64,000 nucleotides of DNA, from assembly GCA_964621045.1 (NCBI GenBank), contig CAZUKU010000018.1, positions 3,061 through 67,060 on the forward strand, written 5' to 3'. A program made the translations under genes and the position numbers. The notes below the pieces were generated by a model. The model was not told the origin of the DNA. It did no database searches and saw only the letters and a list, made by a program, of their open reading frames with translations. Each line of letters begins with the position of its first letter. Position 1 is the stretch's first letter. Of this stretch, positions 43,401 through 52,185 are shown piece by piece. This stretch comes from an uncultured Gemmatimonas sp. (GTDB taxonomy: Bacteria > Gemmatimonadota > Gemmatimonadetes > Gemmatimonadales > Gemmatimonadaceae).

Positions 43401-46400
43401 CACGCGCCCCGGTCGAGGGCGGCCAGCCGGTCGGCGACGTCTCGGAAATGGATGTCGGTGGCGTACACCCGTTCAAAATAGCGCCGTGCCTCGTCTCGGC
43501 GCTGCAGGGCTTCGCAGGCATAGCCCAGCAGGTACAGCACCCCCACCCGCTGCTCGTCGTCGAGCCCGGGTTCGTGCAGGGCCCGCGACAGCACGGTCAC
43601 AGCCACCGGGTAGCTTCCCTGCTCGAGGAAACACTGGCCCAGCGCCTCGTAGGCCGGCAGGCGGTGGGTGGGGCTCCGGAGCGCCCGCTGGAACTCCGCG
43701 ATCGCGTCGTCGAGCAGCCCCATCTCCTTGTACGCGACGCCGAGATCGTAGTGGCTCTCGTAGTCCTCGTCCCCGAGGTTCCGCGACACGCCCTCGCGGA
43801 ACTGCTGCAGGAGGCGATCGAAGTCGGCGTCCTCGTCCCCGGTGACGGTGGGCTCGCGGAGCCGCATGCGCGTATCGGGGGTGTCGGAGTCGTCGGCCAT
43901 CCATTCGGCGAAGCTGACGTATCCGTCGTCCACCACCGGCTTGGGCGCGGGCGGTGGCGGCGCGGCATCGCCCAGCGCGGCGCGGGCACGGTCGTCCCAC
44001 GGATCGAGCTCGAGCACCCGCACGTAGACGGGTTCGGCGCGCGGCGCGAGTCCGGTGCGCACGAGCGCGTCGGCGAGGTCGAGATAGCTCTCGCGCAGGC
44101 GGTCGCGGTCGCCGAGGCGCACGGCGAGCTCGACGCGCTTCTGGTGGTGCGGGATGACGTCGGGGGCCACGCGGATCAGATCGTCGGTGACCCGGGCGGC
44201 GTCGCTCAGCGCACCCTCCACCTCGAGGCCGAGCACGGTGGCCGACAGCTCGTCGAGACCGGCGTCGAGCTCTCCGGCCTCGAGCAGCGCTTCGGCGAGC
44301 CGGCGCCGGAGCGCCCAGTCGCCGGGGTGCTGGTCCACCTCCTCGCGCAGCCGGGCGCACCGGTCGAGCGCGAGATGCATGGCCACGGTGGGCGTCCGCG
44401 GCGTGAGGATGGGGTCGAGGTCGTCGAAGTCCGCGTCGAAGGCGGGGGTGTCCGAGGGCTCGAAAGCATCCTGGTCGAGGGACGTAAAGGGCTCGGGTTC
44501 GAGAGACGCGTCGACAGGTTCCGGATCGAGGGGTTCCGGATCGAGGGGTTCCAGATCGAGGGGATCGCTCGTGGCTTCGGCGTCGCCCGGCTCGATCGTG
44601 TCAAGATCGAGGAGTTCGGGGACGGGTTCGGATGCCGACGCCTGCCCCAGCGCGGCGTGCACCACGGCGTCCGGGAGCACGATGGGCGGCAGTTCGCCGG
44701 GGAGGATGAAGTCGTGCGGATCGAGGCGCCGATAGGTGACCGGGGCCGCGGATCGAACGGGCGTGGGAATGCGGACGGGCTCCTCAGGCATGAAATCCGG
44801 GAGCGACTCGACGTCGAGGAACTCGAGCTCGACGGTGGGCGAATACAGCGGGGTGGACAGCGCGTCGTCGAGGGTGCCGATGAGGTCGGCATCCACGAGA
44901 TCGGCGTCGGGCTCGATGAAATCGGCTTCGGTGTCGTCGTCGAGGGGCGGTAGCCCGTCGAGCATCGGCAGTTCGATGTCGGGCTCTTCCACCTCGAGTC
45001 CTTCGATGGCCTCGAGCGGCTCCGCCGGCATGTCGTCGCCGCCGAGCGATTCGAGGGCATCGATGTCGAAGATGACGGGCGCGTGGTCGTCGCCGGGGGT
45101 GTCGAAATCGATGAACGGCAGGGGCTCGTCGGAGGCAGGCGTCTCCGATTCGAGGGCGGACAGATCCAGCGACAGGGCATCGGCCGGGTCGGAGCCCTGC
45201 TCTGCCACATCGTTGACATCCGACGTGAGGTCATGCTTCTCAAGATCAACCCAGACAACGTCTTGACTGTCGTCATCTACGACCGATCCGAAGACGGTCG
45301 TGTCGGGTTCCTCGACGGTTTCCTCGGCTTCGGGGACCGCCTCGAGCTCGACAATCTCCTCGGCTTCGGGGACTGCCTCGAGCTCGACGACTTCCTCGTC
45401 CTCGGCGATTTCCTCAGTCTCGACGGCGTTCTCGACCTCAACGACCTCCTCCATCGCCACGACAGGCTCGGCCTCCACCACCTCCACCACCTCGACCTCG
45501 GCAATATCGGCTTCGGGCTCCGCCTCCACCTCGGACTCCGCGACCTCTGGGCTCTCCCCCGTCTCCACCGCCTCCACGATCTCCTCACCACTCGCCTCGA
45601 CAACCTCCTCCCCGCCGCTCGCCTCGCCGACGAGTTCCTCCACGAGCAGCGGCGCATCCTCCTCGTCGGAGACCAGCCCTTCCAGCGTCTCCGTCCCGGA
45701 CACGTCCGCCGGCAGAGCCGGCTCCAGCCCGAGCGCATCGGTGAGCCCATCGGGCGCATCGGCGATCTCGTCCGGCACCTCCACCGGCTCCGGCAGCAGC
45801 GACGGCGCTTCCACCACCTCCTCGACGGGCACCTCGGCGTGTGTCGCCTCGAGCCCGTCCACGGGCTCGGCGCTGTCCACGTCGTCATCGAGCGACGCGG
45901 GATCGAAGATCAGCAGATCGTCGAGCGAGCTGGTGCGCGCGGGAGCGGGCGGTGGAGGGCTTCCCGGGCGCGCGACGGGAGGAACAGGGGCTACCACGGC
46001 GGCGCCGAGCGGCGGCGTGAGCTCCACCGCCGAGTCGTAGTCCACGTCCAGGAACACCAGCCCGTCCGTCTTGCCGCCGGCCGACCGGCTCGCCCCGACC
46101 TCGGCCTCGGCGGCCACCGGGAGCGCGATGCCGGCGCGCGCGGCGTGCTCCTCCACGAGCCGGCGCACCTCCTCGAGCTCGGGCATGAGCCCCGCCACCT
46201 CGGCGAGCGACCGCATTGCCTCGTCGGTGCGCCCCTCCTGCTTCATGCGGCCGGCGTACTCGAGGAAGTTCCGCGTGGCGTCGCCGCGCATCCCCTTCCG
46301 CGCGCAGACGCGCCCGAGCGTGAGGTAGATCCCCACCCGCCCGGGCGCGTGTCGCAGGATCTTGTTGCAGAGGGCGATCGCGTTGTTGAACAGGCCGACG

Positions 46401-46624
46401 GCGGCGTAGTGATCCACCGCGCGCTCGTAGGAGGCGACCGCTTCGGCCACCCGTCCCAGCCGGAGGGTCAGGTCTCCGACCTTGTTCAGGAGCGCGACAT
46501 CCACCTCTTCGCCGCTTGCGTCCCCCGCCTCGATGGCGCGCATGTAGCTGGCGATGGCCTTGTCGAACTGCTTCTGCAACTCGAACTCGGCCGCTTTCTT
46601 CCTGAACTTGGCGGCGTTCGACAT
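43400..46624 (-). CDS. Giant TPR protein with TPR blocks at both ends and an extremely acidic repetitive centre (1074 aa)
   Basis: ATG at 46624. N-terminal TPRs (KFRKKAAEFELQKQFDKAIASYMRAIE...). About 600 aa rich in Asp/Glu/Val/Pro/Ala. C-terminal TPRs (YDLGVAYKEMGLLDDAIAEFQRALRS...YFERVYATDIHFRDVADRLAALD). Confidence 0.8.
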   Translation of the reverse strand: MSNAAKFRKKAAEFELQKQFDKAIASYMRAIEAGDASGEEVDVALLNKVGDLTLRLGRVAEAVASYERAVDHYAAVGLFNNAIALCNKILRHAPGRVGIYLTLGRVCARKGMRGDATRNFLEYAGRMKQEGRTDEAMRSLAEVAGLMPELEEVRRLVEEHAARAGIALPVAAEAEVGASRSAGGKTDGLVFLDVDYDSAVELTPPLGAAVVAPVPPVARPGSPPPPAPARTSSLDDLLIFDPASLDDDVDSAEPVDGLEATHAEVPVEEVVEAPSLLPEPVEVPDEIADAPDGLTDALGLEPALPADVSGTETLEGLVSDEEDAPLLVEELVGEASGGEEVVEASGEEIVEAVETGESPEVAESEVEAEPEADIAEVEVVEVVEAEPVVAMEEVVEVENAVETEEIAEDEEVVELEAVPEAEEIVELEAVPEAEETVEEPDTTVFGSVVDDDSQDVVWVDLEKHDLTSDVNDVAEQGSDPADALSLDLSALESETPASDEPLPFIDFDTPGDDHAPVIFDIDALESLGGDDMPAEPLEAIEGLEVEEPDIELPMLDGLPPLDDDTEADFIEPDADLVDADLIGTLDDALSTPLYSPTVELEFLDVESLPDFMPEEPVRIPTPVRSAAPVTYRRLDPHDFILPGELPPIVLPDAVVHAALGQASASEPVPELLDLDTIEPGDAEATSDPLDLEPLDPEPLDPEPVDASLEPEPFTSLDQDAFEPSDTPAFDADFDDLDPILTPRTPTVAMHLALDRCARLREEVDQHPGDWALRRRLAEALLEAGELDAGLDELSATVLGLEVEGALSDAARVTDDLIRVAPDVIPHHQKRVELAVRLGDRDRLRESYLDLADALVRTGLAPRAEPVYVRVLELDPWDDRARAALGDAAPPPPAPKPVVDDGYVSFAEWMADDSDTPDTRMRLREPTVTGDEDADFDRLLQQFREGVSRNLGDEDYESHYDLGVAYKEMGLLDDAIAEFQRALRSPTHRLPAYEALGQCFLEQGSYPVAVTVLSRALHEPGLDDEQRVGVLYLLGYACEALQRRDEARRYFERVYATDIHFRDVADRLAALDRGA
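44517..44561 (-). repeat. 3 x 15-bp in-frame tandem repeat (encodes LDPEP-type pentapeptides)
   Basis: ggttccggatcgagg, ggttccggatcgagg, ggttccagatcgagg. Protein: LDLEPLDPEPLDPEP. Confidence 0.95.
45322..45393 (-). repeat. 2 x 36-bp in-frame tandem repeat (encodes VELEAVPEAEEI/T)
   Basis: cctcggcttcggggaccgcctcgagctcgacaatct / cctcggcttcggggactgcctcgagctcgacgactt. Confidence 0.95.
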
Positions 46625-46717
46625 CGGCGCGAGGCGTGCTCCCGTGGGGGTCGCAATACTGGGCTCGTCCGACGGACGACGGCGATCAGTGAGAGAGCGG
46701 GAAGCTACGGCGCTCCG

Positions 46718-47980
46718 TCACGTGTGACAAGCGCGTCCGCGACTCCAGGCTTCTCGACAGAGACGCTCGCCGAACCAGTAAGGCAACGCCCGGTAATCGT
46801 CCACGGCGTGCACCGCGAGATCGGCGGAATACCCGGGAGACAACTGCCCGGTTTCCCCGGCCAGACCGAGGGCGGCCGCGCCGTTCACCGTGGCCGCCAC
46901 CCAAGCCTCCGCGGCCGACAGGCGGAGCTCGCTCACGGCCAAGGTGAGGAGCAGCGGGAAGCTGGTGAGCGGCGACGTGCCGGGATTGAAATCCGTGGCC
47001 AGCGCCACGGCCGCGCCGCCCGCGATGAGCCGGCGAGCCGGCGCCTGACGCCCGGTGCCGAGAAAGAGCATGGTGGCCGGCAGCACGGTGGCCACGGTGT
47101 CGCTCGCGGCCAGGGCCGCGATGCCGGTATCGGAGATCGCGGCCAGGTGGTCCACCGACGTGGCGCCGAGCTCCACACCGAGCGCCGCCCCGCCGCCGTC
47201 GTGCAGCTCGTCGGCGTGCAGCTTGAGCGCGAGGCCGGCCGCCCGCGCCCCCTCGAGCACGCGCCGCGATTCCTCGATGGTGAACACGCCGGGCTCGCAG
47301 AAGATGTCCGCGAACCGGGCGAGCCCCTCCCGGGCCACGGCGGGGTGCAGCTCCTCCTCGAGCGCCGCGATCCACGCGTTCCGCCCGTCGGGCTGCTCGC
47401 GGTATTCGAGCGGGACCTCGTGCGCGCCAAGGCAGGTGGCCGCGATGCGGACGGGAAGCGATTCCTGCAGGCGGCGGATCACACGAAGCGTGCGAAGCTC
47501 GTCCTCCACGGTGAGGCCATACCCGGACTTGATCTCCACGGTGGTCACGCCGCCCGCCACGAGCTGGGCGAGGCGCGGCAGCGCGAGCTCGTACAGCCGC
47601 TCGCTCGACGTGGCGCGGAGATCGCGCACCGAGGAATGGATGCCGCCGCCCCGCCGCGCGATCTCGAGATACGGCACGCCGGTCGCGCGCAGCTCATGCT
47701 CCGCGAAACGCGGCGCGCCGAACACGGCGTGCGTGTGCGAATCCACGAATCCGGGCGCAAGCAGACCGCGGTCGCAGTCCACTTCCGCGGCATCGGGGAA
47801 GGCGCGGCGGAGCTCGTCGTCGGGCGCGACGAGTGCGATGCGATCGCCCGTGATCGCAACGCCGACGCCCGTGCGCACACCGGCATCCTGCATGGCATCG
47901 CCGCGACGGGCGACGGGCGGGCCGGCGCAGGTCACGGTCTGCGCGGCGTTGACGAACAGCGTGGTGGTCATCGATCGCAC
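46718..47980 (-). CDS. hutI: Imidazolonepropionase
   Basis: Amidohydrolase motifs FVDSHTHAVFG and LKLHADELH. GTG at 47980 or ATG at 47971. Confidence 0.9.
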   Translation of the reverse strand: MRSMTTTLFVNAAQTVTCAGPPVARRGDAMQDAGVRTGVGVAITGDRIALVAPDDELRRAFPDAAEVDCDRGLLAPGFVDSHTHAVFGAPRFAEHELRATGVPYLEIARRGGGIHSSVRDLRATSSERLYELALPRLAQLVAGGVTTVEIKSGYGLTVEDELRTLRVIRRLQESLPVRIAATCLGAHEVPLEYREQPDGRNAWIAALEEELHPAVAREGLARFADIFCEPGVFTIEESRRVLEGARAAGLALKLHADELHDGGGAALGVELGATSVDHLAAISDTGIAALAASDTVATVLPATMLFLGTGRQAPARRLIAGGAAVALATDFNPGTSPLTSFPLLLTLAVSELRLSAAEAWVAATVNGAAALGLAGETGQLSPGYSADLAVHAVDDYRALPYWFGERLCREAWSRGRACHT

Positions 47981-47981
47981 C

Positions 47982-48971
47982 TCAGGTCGGACGTTGCGGA
48001 CGGCCCATCACATCGAGCACGCGCGACCAGCGCATGGGCGCCTGCGCCTCGCCGCGGCAGGCGTAGAAGCAGTCGTCGCAGGCGATGGGGGCATACGGCT
48101 GCCACTCGGTCCAGTCCACGTCGGGGGGAAAGTCGGGACAGCGTCGCACCTTCCCCTGCGGGTCCACGTGCACGGTGGTCGTGCCGCTCGGACAGGGCGC
48201 CGTGAGCTCGCCGCGCACCCAGCGCGGGATCTCGGCGAGATAGTGGTCGGAGTTGGTGATCACGCCGCGATTCCGCCGCTTGTAGGCGAGCAGCGCGTCG
48301 ATCGCCTCGCCGAGCGCGCGATGCTGCTCGGCGCGCACGAGGTGCGACGCATTGCCGTTCTTCGCGTCGGTGTACACCGAGAAGTTGACGCCCGCGCCCA
48401 TGCTCGCCGCCCTGTGCACGATCGGCAGGAGCTGATCGAGGTTGTCGTCCTTGATCACGGTGTTGAACCGCACGCTGCCGATGCCGGCCGCGCGCAGCCT
48501 CGGCACGGTGTCGAGCAGCTTGGCGGTGAGACCGGGAATGCCGCGCGCGTCGTCGTGGCGTCCGTCGAGGTAATCGAGCGAGATGTTGAACTGGTCCAGT
48601 CCCGCGTCCCACAGAGCGCGCGCGCGGTCCACGGTGAGCATGGCGCCGTGCGTGATCATCGCGAGATACGAGAACCGCGTGGCCTCGCGCACCGCGGCCA
48701 CGATCTCCTCGAGATCGCGCCGCAGCGTAGGCTCTCCGCCCGTGAACGTGATCATCATCGGGTTGAAGCGGCGCGCGATGTCGGCGAACTCGCGCAGTTC
48801 GTGAGCCTTCGCCGACGCGGGCGTCTTCCAGTAGTCGCAGAAGCCGCAGCGCGCGTTGCACCGCATGGTGACTTCGAGATTCAGCAGCACCGGACGCCGG
48901 CGCATACGCAGCCAGGCATACTTGCCCATGAACAGCGGCACATGCCACGGCCGGTAGCGCGAGCTCAGCAT
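47982..48971 (-). CDS. Radical SAM enzyme of unknown function with Cys-rich C-terminal extension
   Basis: ATG at 48971. CxxxCxxC in [19 protein letters not shown] and a GGEP-type motif [12 protein letters not shown]-terminal cysteines (PCPSG...RRCPDF...[12 protein letters not shown]). It overlaps the hutU stop by 7 nt and ends 1 nt before the hutI start. Confidence 0.75.
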   Translation of the reverse strand: MLSSRYRPWHVPLFMGKYAWLRMRRRPVLLNLEVTMRCNARCGFCDYWKTPASAKAHELREFADIARRFNPMMITFTGGEPTLRRDLEEIVAAVREATRFSYLAMITHGAMLTVDRARALWDAGLDQFNISLDYLDGRHDDARGIPGLTAKLLDTVPRLRAAGIGSVRFNTVIKDDNLDQLLPIVHRAASMGAGVNFSVYTDAKNGNASHLVRAEQHRALGEAIDALLAYKRRNRGVITNSDHYLAEIPRWVRGELTAPCPSGTTTVHVDPQGKVRRCPDFPPDVDWTEWQPYAPIACDDCFYACRGEAQAPMRWSRVLDVMGRPQRPT

Positions 48972-50644
48972 GGATCGAGCATGGGCAGGCGCAATCCCTC
49001 GCGCGCCGCCGTGTCGCGTGCCGTGTCGTAGCCGGCGTCCGCGTGCCGCGCGACCCCGATGCCGGGGTCGTTGGTGAGCACGCGCTCCAGCCGGCGCGCC
49101 GCGGCCTCGGTGCCGTCGGCCACGATCACCTGGCCGGCGTGCAGCGAGTTGCCGATTCCCACGCCGCCGCCGTGATGGAACGACACCCACGACGACCCGC
49201 TCGCCGTATTCAGCAGCGCGTTCAGGATCGCCCAGTCGGCGATCGCATCGGATCCGTCGCGCATGGCCTCGGTTTCACGGAACGGCGACGCCACGCTGCC
49301 GGTATCGAGATGGTCGCGGCCGATCACGATCGGCGCCGACACCTCGCCCCGCGCCACGAGCGCGTTGAGCGCGAGCCCGAAGCGCGCGCGTGCCCCCTGC
49401 CCCAGCCAGCAGATGCGCGCGGGCAATCCCTGGAAGTGGATGCGCTCGCGCGCCAGCGTGATCCAGCGCCGGAGGTGGGCGTCGTCGGGGAACATCTCGA
49501 GCAGCAGGTCGTCGGTGCGGTGGATATCGGCCGGGTCGCCCGACAGCGCCACCCACCGGAACGGCCCCTTGCCTTCGCAGAAGAGCGGCCGCACGTACTC
49601 CGGCACGAAGCCGGGAATGCGGAATGCGTCGTCGAGCCCGGTGTCGAACGCCACCGTGCGGATGTTGTTGCCGTAGTCGAACGCGACCGCGCCGCGGTCC
49701 TGCATGGCGCGCATGGCGCGCACGTGCTCCACGATCGAGGCGCGTGCACGCGCGATGTACGTATCCGGATCAGCGAGCCGGAGCGCGGCCGCGTCCTCGA
49801 GCGTGAGGCCGTGCGGCACGTATCCCACGAGCAGGTCGTGCGCGCTCGTCTGGTCGGTGACCACGTCGGGCGTGATGCCGCGCGCCACGAGCGCGGGAAG
49901 CACGTCGGCGGCGTTGCCGAGAAGCCCGATCGACAGCCCGGTACCGGCGGCCTGCGCGGCGCGCAGCTCGGCGAGCGCGGCATCGAGATCGGTGGCCATG
50001 CGATCGCAGTAGCCGGTTTCGAGCCGCTTCTCGATGCGCGACGGATCCACCTCCACGGCGAGCACGGCCGCGCCGTGCATCGTGGCCGCGAGCGGCTGCG
50101 CGCCGCCCATGCCGCCGAGCCCGGCCGTGACCACGAGCCGTCCGGCGAGCGTGCCGCCGAAGTGCCGCGCCGCCACGGCGCCGAACGTTTCGTACGTGCC
50201 CTGCACGATGCCCTGCGAGCCGATGTAGATCCACGAGCCGGCCGTCATCTGGCCGTACATGGTGAGCCCGAGCTTCTCGAGCCGGCGGAACTCGTCCCAC
50301 GTGGCCCAGCGTCCCACGAGATTCGAGTTCGCGATGAGCACCCGCGGCGCGTCGGCGTGCGTGCGGAACACGGCCACGGGCTTCCCGCTCTGCACGAGCA
50401 GCGTCTCGTCGTCGCCGAGCTCCCGCAGCGTGCGCACGATCGCGTCGAACGACGGCCAGTCGCGCGCCGCCTTGCCGGTGCCGCCGTACACCACGAGATC
50501 GTCCGGACGTTCGGCGACATCGGGGTCGAGGTTGTTCATCAGCATGCGGAGCGCGGCTTCCTGCAGCCAGCCGCGGCAGCTCAGGTCGGTTCCGCGCGGC
50601 GCGCGCACGGTGCGGACGCCGAGGGGCAGGTCGGACACGGTCAC
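48965..50644 (-). CDS. hutU: Urocanate hydratase
   Basis: [13 protein letters not shown] and [12 protein letters not shown]. Length is 559 aa. GTG at 50644 overlaps the hutH stop (GTGA). Confidence 0.95.
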   Translation of the reverse strand: MTVSDLPLGVRTVRAPRGTDLSCRGWLQEAALRMLMNNLDPDVAERPDDLVVYGGTGKAARDWPSFDAIVRTLRELGDDETLLVQSGKPVAVFRTHADAPRVLIANSNLVGRWATWDEFRRLEKLGLTMYGQMTAGSWIYIGSQGIVQGTYETFGAVAARHFGGTLAGRLVVTAGLGGMGGAQPLAATMHGAAVLAVEVDPSRIEKRLETGYCDRMATDLDAALAELRAAQAAGTGLSIGLLGNAADVLPALVARGITPDVVTDQTSAHDLLVGYVPHGLTLEDAAALRLADPDTYIARARASIVEHVRAMRAMQDRGAVAFDYGNNIRTVAFDTGLDDAFRIPGFVPEYVRPLFCEGKGPFRWVALSGDPADIHRTDDLLLEMFPDDAHLRRWITLARERIHFQGLPARICWLGQGARARFGLALNALVARGEVSAPIVIGRDHLDTGSVASPFRETEAMRDGSDAIADWAILNALLNTASGSSWVSFHHGGGVGIGNSLHAGQVIVADGTEAAARRLERVLTNDPGIGVARHADAGYDTARDTAAREGLRLPMLDPC

Positions 50645-52185
50645 GCATCACCTCGCAGCAGAACATCCGGGTCGAACACGCCGGCGGCGAGCGCTTCGGC
50701 GAGTCGTGCGATATCGGGCGACGGCGGACGATCGCCGTCGCGGGGAGGAACGAGCGCGCGCACATGCGCGTGCGCGCGTTCGAGCGGCGCGCTGCTCGTG
50801 AGCGGACGGCGCAGATCGATCGCGTCCGCTGCCGAGAGCAACTCCACGGCGAGCACGTGCCGGAGCGCGTGCACGCTCTGCCGCAGCTTGAGCGCGGCGC
50901 CCATGGCCATCGGCACCACGTCCTCCTTGTTGCCGTCAGTGGCGATGGAGTCCACGCTCGCCGGCGACGCCAGCCGCTTGAGATCGCTCGTGAGCGCGGC
51001 CGCGGTCACCTGGGCCATCATCAGTCCCGATTCCAGCCCCGGCGAACCGGCGAGGAATGCGGGCATCCCTTCGTTGAAATCGGGATGCACGAGCCGGTCC
51101 GTGCGCCGTTCGCTGATCACGGCGAGATTCGCGCACGCGATCGCGAGCACGTCGCACGCCATGCCCACGGCCTGTCCGTGGAAGTTGCCGCCGCTCAGCA
51201 GTTCGCCGCTCTCGAACACGAGCGGGTTGTCGGTGGCGGCGTTGAGCTCGCGCTCCACCATGCCCTCGGCGAACTCGAGCGCGTCGAGCACGGGGCCGTG
51301 CACCTGCGGCATGCACCGGAGCGCGTAGGCGTCCTGCACGCGGGGATCGCCCGTGCGATGCGACTCGCGAATCGCGCTCCCTTCGAGCAGCTCGCGGAGG
51401 AGCGCGGCCGATGTGCGCTGTCCGTGCTGTCCGCGCACGTCGTGGATGCGCGCGTCGAACGCGACCGGCGTGCCGAGCAGGGCATCGAGACTCATCGCGC
51501 CGATCACGTGCGCGGCCGCCCACAGCCGCCGGATCTCGGCCACGGCGATCGCCGCCACCGCGGTGTGCGCCTGCGTGCCGTTGATGAGCGCGAGCCCTTC
51601 CTTGGCCGCGAGCGTGAGCGGCGTGAGCCCCGCGCGCGAGAGCACCGTGGCGCCGTCGCCCTCGAAATCGCCCAGCCGGGCACGTCCTTCGCCGATGAGC
51701 ACGAGCGCGAGGTGCGCGAGCGGCGCCAGATCCCCGCTCGCTCCCACACTTCCCTGCTCCGGCACCACCGGCGTCACGCCGGCGTCGAGCATCCCGGTGA
51801 GCAGGTCCACCGCGTCGGCGCGCGCGCCCGCGTGCCCGGTGGCGAGCACGTTGGCGCGGAGCAGCATCATCGCGCGCACTTCGCGCGCCGGCAGCGGCGC
51901 GCCCACGCCCGCGGCATGGCTCCGCACGAGGTTGCGCTGCAGCGCGGCCAGCTCGTCGGGCGGGATCGTGACTTCGGAGAGCTTGCCGAACCCGGTGTTG
52001 ATGCCGTACACCGGTTCCCCCGCGGCCACCGCGCGATCGACCACTGCGCGCGTGCGCGTCATGCGCGCCCGCGCGTCGGGCGCGAGCGAGACCGTGCATC
52101 GGCCGTGCGCCACGGCCTCGAGCAGCGCGATGGTGAGCGTGCGGCCGTCGACCGCGTATGTCATGGGTGTCGGGGCTGTCGTCAT
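50641..52185 (-). CDS. hutH: Histidine ammonia-lyase
   Basis: ATG at 52185. [11 protein letters not shown] and the MIO-forming [15 protein letters not shown]. Confidence 0.95.
   Translation of the reverse strand: MTTAPTPMTYAVDGRTLTIALLEAVAHGRCTVSLAPDARARMTRTRAVVDRAVAAGEPVYGINTGFGKLSEVTIPPDELAALQRNLVRSHAAGVGAPLPAREVRAMMLLRANVLATGHAGARADAVDLLTGMLDAGVTPVVPEQGSVGASGDLAPLAHLALVLIGEGRARLGDFEGDGATVLSRAGLTPLTLAAKEGLALINGTQAHTAVAAIAVAEIRRLWAAAHVIGAMSLDALLGTPVAFDARIHDVRGQHGQRTSAALLRELLEGSAIRESHRTGDPRVQDAYALRCMPQVHGPVLDALEFAEGMVERELNAATDNPLVFESGELLSGGNFHGQAVGMACDVLAIACANLAVISERRTDRLVHPDFNEGMPAFLAGSPGLESGLMMAQVTAAALTSDLKRLASPASVDSIATDGNKEDVVPMAMGAALKLRQSVHALRHVLAVELLSAADAIDLRRPLTSSAPLERAHAHVRALVPPRDGDRPPSPDIARLAEALAAGVFDPDVLLRGDA

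Noticed and set aside
45083-48205. 1040-aa plus-strand ORF (and similar ones at 43214..44953, 47055..49031, 49043..51328, 52158..54221)
   Set aside because: All are antisense to recognisable minus-strand genes (TPR protein 2, hutI, rSAM, hutU, hutH, lptD), and all have Arg/Gly/Ala/His/Pro-biased translations.
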